The position numbers and the translations under genes were made by a program. Shown here in pieces: positions 56,627 to 64,000 of a DNA stretch of 64,000 nucleotides. The notes below the pieces were generated by a model. It saw only the letters and a list, made by a program, of their open reading frames with translations. It was not told the DNA's origin and ran no database searches. Position 1 is the stretch's first letter; every line of letters begins with the position of its first letter. Source of the DNA: an uncultured bacterium (lineage in GTDB: Bacteria; Planctomycetota; Planctomycetia; Pirellulales; PALSA-1355); the NCBI GenBank assembly GCA_937975685.1, contig CALJUG010000004.1, forward strand, positions 31,494 through 95,493. Reading direction: 5' to 3'.

Positions 56627-56794
56627 CGGGCGGAGGTTTGTCAAATCGCCCGGGCCACTTGTGAGGGCCTGCGCCGGGCGGTATCAATAAGACTTTGTGG
56701 CAGAGCATTTTCTCTTGCGGCGCCGCAGTCGCCCCTGGGGCGTCCCCTCGTCAATTTGCGACCCGCCGGTCGCCATCGGAAAGGCAAGCGAACC

Positions 56795-58936
56795 ATGGCC
56801 GAACCAGGCTTCATGACCCTCAGCATCGAAGACGATATCGCGGTGCTCACGCTCGACGACCCGCGCGGCAGCGCCAACGTGCTCTCGCGTGCGTTACTCG
56901 AAGAGTTGGAAAAGAACTTCGACGAGCTGGAAAAACGCAAGGACCTAGCCGGGCTGGTGATTCGCTCCGGCAAGCCGGGCGTGTTCATCGTGGGTGCCGA
57001 CATCCGCGAGTTCGTGGCCAACATCGACGCGCCCAAGGATCAGATCGCGGCCATGTGCGACAACGGCCGCACGCTCTTCCAGCGATTGTCGAAGATGCCG
57101 TTTGTCACCGTCACGGCGATCGTCGGCCAGTGCGTCGGCGGCGGTGCCGAATTGGCGCTGTGGTGCGACCGCCGCGTGATGTCGAGCGATTCGAAAGCGG
57201 CGTTCGGCTTTCCCGAAGTGAAGCTGGGGCTGCTGCCCGGCTGGGGCGGCACGGTGCGCTCGGCCCGCGTGCTGGGTTTGGCCAACGGCATCGAGCTGGT
57301 GACCGGCGGCGAATCGATCGATGCCGAGACCTCGCGGCTGATGGGGCTGATCTCCGACCTCGTGCCCTCGGACCACCTGCTCGAGGCGGCCAAGAACGTG
57401 ATTCGCGCCGAGCAGAAATCGGGCGACTGGAAGCAGGACCGCGAAGTGTGGGCAGGCCCGGTTGATATCAGCGACACCGAGTTGGGCTTCCTGGGCGCCA
57501 CGGCGTCGGCCGTGATTCAGGGAGCGACCGGCGGCAAGTACCCGGCGCCGCAAGTGGCGCTCGAGCTGATGCTCGAATCGGCCGGCCAGGACGCCGACAG
57601 CGCGGGCAAGGCCGAGGCCCAGGCCATGGCCGAGTTGTTCGGCTCGCCGATCAATCGCGCGCTGATCAACATCTTCTTCCTCACCGATCGCAACAAGAAA
57701 GACAAGGGCATCGACCGCAAGGACGTGAAGCCGGCCGAGATCAAGTCGGTCGGCGTGGTGGGGGCCGGCATCATGGGCCAGGGCATCGCCGCCGCGACGC
57801 TCAAGCGCAACCTGCCGGTGATGCTCACCGACGCCGTGCCCGCGGCCATTTCCAACGGCGTGCAGCAGGTGCTCGAAGAGGTCGCCTACGACAAGCTGAC
57901 CAAGGGCCCCGACGCCGGCAAGGCCGTGAAGTTCGCCGGGCTGATCAATCCGGCCACGGTCGACGCCGAGATTGCCCCGTGCGATCTGATCATCGAGGCC
58001 ATCATCGAAAAGCCCGAAGCGAAGAAAGAGTTCTTTGCCCGGCTCGAGCCGCAGATGCGGCCCGATGCCATCCTGGCCTCGAACACCTCGACGATTCCGA
58101 TCACGAAGCTGGCCAACGGCCTCAAGCACCCCGAGCGGTTCTGCGGCATTCACTTCTTCAACCCGGTGCGGCGGATGCCACTGGTGGAAGTCATCCGCGG
58201 CGAGAAGACCAGCGACGAAACGGTCGCCACGGCCGTGGCCTATGCCAAGCAGATCGGTAAGTCGCCGATCGTGGTGAACGACGGGCCGGGCTTTCTGGTC
58301 AACCGGCTGCTGCTGCCGTACATGAACGAAGCGCTCGAGCTGATCTCCGACGGCGCGCAGGTCAAGCACATCGAGCGGGCGGCCAAGGACTTCGGCATGC
58401 CGATGGGCCCGATCACGCTGTACGACGTGGTCGGCCTGGACACGGCGTTTCACGCCGGCCGCGTGATGTACGAGGCGTTTCCCGATCGCACCGTGGGCTC
58501 GCCGATCTTGGGGGCGATGGTCAAGGCCGGTCGACTCGGGCAGAAGTCGGGCGCCGGCTTCTTCGCCTACCAGGGCAAGAAGGGCCGCGGCACGCCCGAC
58601 CCCGAAGCCGACAAGATCGTCCAGACCTACATCCGCAAGCAGGAAAAGTTCACGCCCGAACAGATCACGCATCGGCTATTCCTGCCGATGGTGCTGGAAG
58701 CCACGCGGATCCTCGAGGAGAAGCTGGTGCGCGACCCGCGCGACGTCGACCTGGGGCTGATCTTCGGCGTCGGCTTCCCGCCGTTCAAGGGCGGACTACT
58801 GTTTTGGGCCGATACGCTGGGGGCGGCCAAGATCATCGAGCTGCTCAAGCCGCTCGAGCACCTGGGCCCGCGGGCACAGCCCACCCCGATGCTGGAAGAT
58901 ATGGCCAAGACGGGCAAGAAGTTCTACGACTTGTAG
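56795..58936 (+). CDS. fadJ: Fatty-acid oxidation multifunctional protein: enoyl-CoA hydratase / 3-hydroxyacyl-CoA dehydrogenase
   Basis: Crotonase part 'VFIVGADIREF', 'GGGAELALWCDRRVMS', 'FGFPEVKLGLLPGWGGT'. HAD part 'VGVVGAGIMGQGIA', 'ILASNTSTIPI', 'GIHFFNPVRRMPLVEVI', 'GFLVNRLL'. ATG 56795 is preferred over the ORF start at 56558. Confidence 0.9.
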   Translation: MAEPGFMTLSIEDDIAVLTLDDPRGSANVLSRALLEELEKNFDELEKRKDLAGLVIRSGKPGVFIVGADIREFVANIDAPKDQIAAMCDNGRTLFQRLSKMPFVTVTAIVGQCVGGGAELALWCDRRVMSSDSKAAFGFPEVKLGLLPGWGGTVRSARVLGLANGIELVTGGESIDAETSRLMGLISDLVPSDHLLEAAKNVIRAEQKSGDWKQDREVWAGPVDISDTELGFLGATASAVIQGATGGKYPAPQVALELMLESAGQDADSAGKAEAQAMAELFGSPINRALINIFFLTDRNKKDKGIDRKDVKPAEIKSVGVVGAGIMGQGIAAATLKRNLPVMLTDAVPAAISNGVQQVLEEVAYDKLTKGPDAGKAVKFAGLINPATVDAEIAPCDLIIEAIIEKPEAKKEFFARLEPQMRPDAILASNTSTIPITKLANGLKHPERFCGIHFFNPVRRMPLVEVIRGEKTSDETVATAVAYAKQIGKSPIVVNDGPGFLVNRLLLPYMNEALELISDGAQVKHIERAAKDFGMPMGPITLYDVVGLDTAFHAGRVMYEAFPDRTVGSPILGAMVKAGRLGQKSGAGFFAYQGKKGRGTPDPEADKIVQTYIRKQEKFTPEQITHRLFLPMVLEATRILEEKLVRDPRDVDLGLIFGVGFPPFKGGLLFWADTLGAAKIIELLKPLEHLGPRAQPTPMLEDMAKTGKKFYDL

Positions 58937-59020
58937 TGGCAGGTACAATTCTTTAGAGACCCACGACGCGTGCCCGCCGCGGCGCGCCTCCGATACTCAA
59001 ACCGCGAGGTAGGTAGCCCG

Positions 59021-60178
<1,158 letters not shown>

Positions 60179-60205
60179 GTGACGACCGGCATGCTCGCAC
60201 TCTTA

Positions 60206-60281
60206 CCAGCCCGAAGCGCGAGCGAGGGTCGTCTAATCGTCTGAGCCGACAAGACCCTCGCTCGCGCTTCGGGCCAGTGTG
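60206..60281. repeat. REP-like palindromic element, family 2, copy 2
   Basis: GCCCGAAGCGCGAGCGAGGGTC (60209-60230) and GACCCTCGCTCGCGCTTCGGGC (60253-60274) form a perfect 22-bp inverted repeat with a 22-nt spacer. The arm sequence is the same as the element at 21440-21538. It lies between fadA and the acyl-CoA synthetase gene. Confidence 0.8.
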
Positions 60282-60434
60282 TTGACTGCGCGGCTCTCTG
60301 ATCGCAAAAATTTGCCGCTGTCGCCGGTGCGCGCGCTACCAATCGGTTTTTTCTATTGGTATCCTGATGGGCGGCGGGTCCCCCACTTCTGCCGCCGGCG
60401 CTTTCAATTCGGGTCCTTCGAACCAGGTATCGCC

Positions 60435-62105
60435 ATGCATGCTGCGTCTCCTGAAACGATCGTTTCCCTGTTCGCCCAGCGCGTCGAGGCCGACGGCGAC
60501 AAACCGGCGATCCACTTTCGCCAGGAAGGCGAGATCACCACGCGCACCTGGAACGAAGTCGCCGCCAAGGTCCGGCGCACCGCCGCGGCTCTGGCAAAGC
60601 TGGGCGTCAAGCCCGGCGACCGCGTCGTGCAGGCCTCGGAAAATCGCTACGCGTGGATCGTCACTGATCTGGCCGTGCACCTGGCCCGCGGCATCCACGT
60701 GGCCGTGCATGCCACGCTGACCGGTCCGCAGATCGCCTGGCAGATTGCCGACAGCGGCGCCAAGCTGGTCATCGTGTCGGGCCCCGACCAGGCCAAGAAG
60801 CTGGCCGCCGCGACCTCGCATTTGCCCAAAGGCGTCGAATACGTTTCGTTCGATCCCTGCACCGAGGTCGAGATCGGCGGGCAGGAGATTCGCTCGCTGT
60901 GGCAACTGGCCGAGGAGTGCAGCGAGGACGAGGGCAAGGAGCTCGAGAAGGCGGCGCTTGCCGAAACCAAGCCCGAGGACCTGGTGACGATCCTGTACAC
61001 CTCGGGCACGACCGGCGAACCCAAGGGCGTGATGCTGTCGCATCGCAACCTGACGTCGAACTGCCAGGCCGTGATGAAGGCCTTCACGGTCGAGCCGGGC
61101 GAAGTGCGGCTCAACTGGCTGCCGCTGTCGCACATCTTTGCCCGCACCACCGACTACTATTTGTGGATTGCCGCCGGCGGCGAGTTGGCGCTGTGTGCCA
61201 GCCGCGAGGAGATCATTTCCGATTGCCAGGCGCTCAAGCCGCACTACCTCAACGGCGTGCCCTACTTCTTCGACAAGGTGATGCGCACGCTGCAAGAGAA
61301 GGGCGTGGCCGACGCGCCCGGCGCGCTTCAGGCTACCTTCGGCGGACGCATGAAAATGTGTTGCGCGGGCGGGGCGGCGCTGCCCGACCACGTCAACCAG
61401 TACTACCTCGACCACGGCATCCAACTCGTGCAGGGCTACGGCCTGACCGAAAGCTCGCCGGTGATCAGCACCGGCACGATGGAAGACCATCGCGTGGGCA
61501 CGGTCGGCAAGCCGATCGACGGCGTGGAAGTGAAGATCTCCGACGAAGGCGAGGTGCTCACCCGCGGCCCGCACGTGATGGTCGGCTACTGGAACATGCC
61601 GGAGGACACGGCCGAGACCATCAAGGACGGCTGGCTGCACACGGGCGACCTGGGGGCGATGGAAGACGGCTTCCTCAAGATCACCGGTCGCAAGAAAGAG
61701 CTCATCGTCACGGCCGGCGGCAAGAACATCGCCCCCACCTACATCGAGGGTCTGCTCACCGCCGACGGGCTAATCGCCCAGGCGGTCGTGATCGGCGATG
61801 ACCGCAACTACCTCACCGCGCTGATCGTTCCCGAGCCTGAGGCGCTGAAGGCCGAAATCATCAAGCGGCAGATTCCGGTGCTGACCGCCGAGCAGGCCGT
61901 GGCGCATCCGGACGTGTACGCCCTGTACGAGCAGCGCATCAACGAGCGCCTGGCCGACGTGTCGAACTCCGAGCACGTGCGCAAGTTCACGCTGCTGTCG
62001 CGCGGGCTGACGCCCGAGACCGGCGAGCTGACGTTCAAGCTGAGCCTGAAGCGCGACGTGATCATGAAGAACTTCGCCAAGGAGATCGAGGCCATGTACT
62101 CCTGA
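60435..62105 (+). CDS. fadD: Long-chain fatty acid-CoA ligase (AMP-forming)
   Basis: AMP-binding motif 'ILYTSGTTGEPKGVMLSHRN', 'GYGLTESS', 'GWLHTGDLG', 'ITGRKKELIVTAGGKNIAP'. ATG 60435 is chosen. Confidence 0.9.
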   Translation: MHAASPETIVSLFAQRVEADGDKPAIHFRQEGEITTRTWNEVAAKVRRTAAALAKLGVKPGDRVVQASENRYAWIVTDLAVHLARGIHVAVHATLTGPQIAWQIADSGAKLVIVSGPDQAKKLAAATSHLPKGVEYVSFDPCTEVEIGGQEIRSLWQLAEECSEDEGKELEKAALAETKPEDLVTILYTSGTTGEPKGVMLSHRNLTSNCQAVMKAFTVEPGEVRLNWLPLSHIFARTTDYYLWIAAGGELALCASREEIISDCQALKPHYLNGVPYFFDKVMRTLQEKGVADAPGALQATFGGRMKMCCAGGAALPDHVNQYYLDHGIQLVQGYGLTESSPVISTGTMEDHRVGTVGKPIDGVEVKISDEGEVLTRGPHVMVGYWNMPEDTAETIKDGWLHTGDLGAMEDGFLKITGRKKELIVTAGGKNIAPTYIEGLLTADGLIAQAVVIGDDRNYLTALIVPEPEALKAEIIKRQIPVLTAEQAVAHPDVYALYEQRINERLADVSNSEHVRKFTLLSRGLTPETGELTFKLSLKRDVIMKNFAKEIEAMYS

Positions 62106-62136
62106 CGTGGGGTAACCGTATACTCAATAAAGGTAG

Positions 62137-62158
62137 CTACCGACCGTTCGGACGGTAG
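62137..62158. promoter_or_regulatory. Inverted-repeat operator candidate upstream of the acyl-CoA dehydrogenase gene
   Basis: CTACCGACCG-TT-CGGACGGTAG pairs at 9 of 10 positions per arm. It lies in the AT-richer 100-nt spacer, flanked by TATACT (62119-62124) and TATAAA (62161-62166). Confidence 0.3.
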
Positions 62159-62206
62159 GGTATAAAACAAGAGTCTGTCCAACACATCCAAACCCGTGAG
62201 TTCGTC

Positions 62207-64000
62207 ATGAATCCTCAAACGCAAACCGAGCGGCGCGACGCCAGCGTCGAAGATCAGGACAACAAGGCATCCTTCGCCGAAACCGCGCTCAAACTGGGTG
62301 GCAAGAGTGAGGACGAAGCACGCCGCATGGGAGCCGTCGATAAGGCGGACGACCAGGTTGAAGAGCTGTTTGCCAAACGCTTTCAGACGAAGAACAGCCC
62401 GGTGCACCGCGCCGTGTGGGATCGCGAGTTGCCGGTCTCGCTGTTTCAGAGCAAGGCGAAGGCTCCGCCGGCCGACGTGCAGAAGGTGATGGACGACTCG
62501 ATCGACGTGATGTCGCGGCACGTCAAAGCCGGCACGAACCTCGACGAGAATCGCAAGGTCCCCCAGAGCGTGCTCGACGAACTGGGCGAGGCCGGCTACT
62601 GGGGTCTGCTGGTTAGCAAGGAATACGGCGGATCGGGATCGCCCTTTGCCGCCTTCGCGGGCTTTTTGAGCAAGATGGCCATGGTCGATCCCACCGTGGC
62701 CGGCCTGGCTTCGGTGCACGGCTGCATCGGCGCGGTCGACCCGGTGCGCACGTTCGGCAATCCCGAACAAAAGCAGAAGTTCCTGCCCGATCTGGCCAGC
62801 GGCAAGCGGTTGAGCGCCTTCGCGCTGACCGAGCCGGGCGCCGGATCGGACCTGACGGCTCTGAAGACCGAAGCCGTGCTCGACGGCGACGAGTACGTCG
62901 TCAACGGCGAGAAGCTGTTCATCACCAACGTCGTGCCCGGCCGCACGATCGGCCTGGTGTGCTTGATCAACAAGAAGCCGGCCGTGCTGGTCGTCGACCT
63001 GCCGGAGCACGAGAACGAGCACTTTCAGCTTCGCAAGTACGGCCTGTACGCCCTGAAGCACACGTACAACCAGGGCATCATCTTCAAGGACCTGCGTGTT
63101 CCGGCCGAAAACCTGCTGACGCCCACGCGGGGCGACGGTCTGACGATCGCCTACCACGGCCTGAACCTGGGCCGCATTTCGCTGTGTGCCAACGCGGCCG
63201 GCACCATGCGGCTGATGATGGCCAGCATGATCCCCTGGGCTCACTACCGCAAAACTTACGGTGCCCCGATCGCGACCCGCGAGCTGGTGCAGCGCCGTTT
63301 GGGCAAGATCGCCGGCATGATCGTCGCTTGCGACGCGCTGGTCCAATGGGGCGGCGGCCTGATCGACGAAGGCTATCGCGGCGAAATGGAATGCGTGATC
63401 GCCAAGGTGTTCGGTAGCGAAGCCCAGAAAGAGGCCGCCATCGAGCTGTTGATGAAAACGCACGGCGGCCGCTCCTTCCTGCACGGCCACGTGTTCGGCG
63501 ACAACGTGCACGAGTACCTGGCCCCCTGCATCTACGAGGGCGAGGGCGAGATGCTCTCGATGGCCTTCTTCAAGTCGCTGGTGAAGAACCACGGCACCGA
63601 GTATTTCGAGCCGGTGGGCAAGGCCCTGCACGCCGCCGGCATCAAGAAGCCGAACCTCGGCAACCCGTCCCACCTGTGGGCGCTCAAGGGCCCGATGGCC
63701 AACTACAGCAAGTGGCTGGCCGGGCAGTACATGCGTCCCAAGTCGCGGCCGCAACTGCCGACCATGCCCGAGAGCCTGCGTCGCCATGCCGATTTCGCCG
63801 CCACGTTCCTGCAACGGTCGCCGCGCGAAATTTCCGGCACGATGAGCAAGCACCAGTTGGGGCTGGCCGACCGGCAGTGCCGGATGTCCGAGCTGTCGCA
63901 GCGGCTGCAGGACGCCGTGACGATCCTCTGCACCTCGCTCTACGCGGCCGGACAGGCCGACGAAGTCGTGCGTCAGGCCGCCGACGTGTTCTGCCAGGAG
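62207..64000 (+). CDS. Large acyl-CoA dehydrogenase (3' end outside window)
   Basis: This gene is not in the supplied ORF track because the frame has no stop before the window end. It reads ATG 62207 '[11 protein letters not shown]...'. Motifs: '[15 protein letters not shown]', '[14 protein letters not shown]', '[12 protein letters not shown]', 'LNLGRISL', 'IYEGEGEM'. The 681-aa minus-strand ORF 61808..63853 is its shadow. Confidence 0.85.
   Translation, partial: MNPQTQTERRDASVEDQDNKASFAETALKLGGKSEDEARRMGAVDKADDQVEELFAKRFQTKNSPVHRAVWDRELPVSLFQSKAKAPPADVQKVMDDSIDVMSRHVKAGTNLDENRKVPQSVLDELGEAGYWGLLVSKEYGGSGSPFAAFAGFLSKMAMVDPTVAGLASVHGCIGAVDPVRTFGNPEQKQKFLPDLASGKRLSAFALTEPGAGSDLTALKTEAVLDGDEYVVNGEKLFITNVVPGRTIGLVCLINKKPAVLVVDLPEHENEHFQLRKYGLYALKHTYNQGIIFKDLRVPAENLLTPTRGDGLTIAYHGLNLGRISLCANAAGTMRLMMASMIPWAHYRKTYGAPIATRELVQRRLGKIAGMIVACDALVQWGGGLIDEGYRGEMECVIAKVFGSEAQKEAAIELLMKTHGGRSFLHGHVFGDNVHEYLAPCIYEGEGEMLSMAFFKSLVKNHGTEYFEPVGKALHAAGIKKPNLGNPSHLWALKGPMANYSKWLAGQYMRPKSRPQLPTMPESLRRHADFAATFLQRSPREISGTMSKHQLGLADRQCRMSELSQRLQDAVTILCTSLYAAGQADEVVRQAADVFCQE

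Noticed and set aside
56627-56794. Cobalamin riboswitch upstream of the DUF4430 gene.
   Set aside because: The minus-strand leader shows no B12-box-like core. The only GCCACT-like string is on the wrong strand.

Overview
A 64-kb, very GC-rich (about mid-60s % by eye), gene-dense chromosomal segment. Its gene content looks like Planctomycetota, probably Pirellulales-like; this lineage call is an inference from protein styles, and no search was run. I support about 47 CDSs, one tRNA-Pro(UGG), two parS sites, four families or instances of intergenic repeats and palindromes, and a few promoters and terminators.

Housekeeping content: rplI-dnaB, bamA, a sigma-70 gene, rpsA, parAB, ahcY, trpF and a fadJ-fadA-fadD-acyl-CoA dehydrogenase block. 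rplI-dnaB together with parAB and tandem parS suggests an origin-proximal region.

No CRISPR array, transposase, integrase or prophage gene was seen. The many long ORFs antisense to or out of frame with real genes are high-GC shadow ORFs.

Most interesting candidates:
- A PilM-to-secretin envelope module (9366-18635). It has a covalent PilM-PilN fusion, two large unrecognisable single-pass proteins where PilO/PilP would sit, and a 1272-aa secretin with an N-terminal repeat array. No pilin, ATPase or platform gene is in the window.
- A polysaccharide co-polymerase-like / ExeA-like ATPase / dead-P-loop BY-kinase-like trio (37971-41702).
- A secreted peptide that is about one-third tyrosine (5316-5696).
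- A BamA with a roughly 190-aa disordered insert.
- A transmembrane pseudokinase.
- A possible SAH-riboswitch-like leader upstream of ahcY.
- Several short intergenic repeat families.

All family calls rest on motifs read from the translations. None was verified by search.
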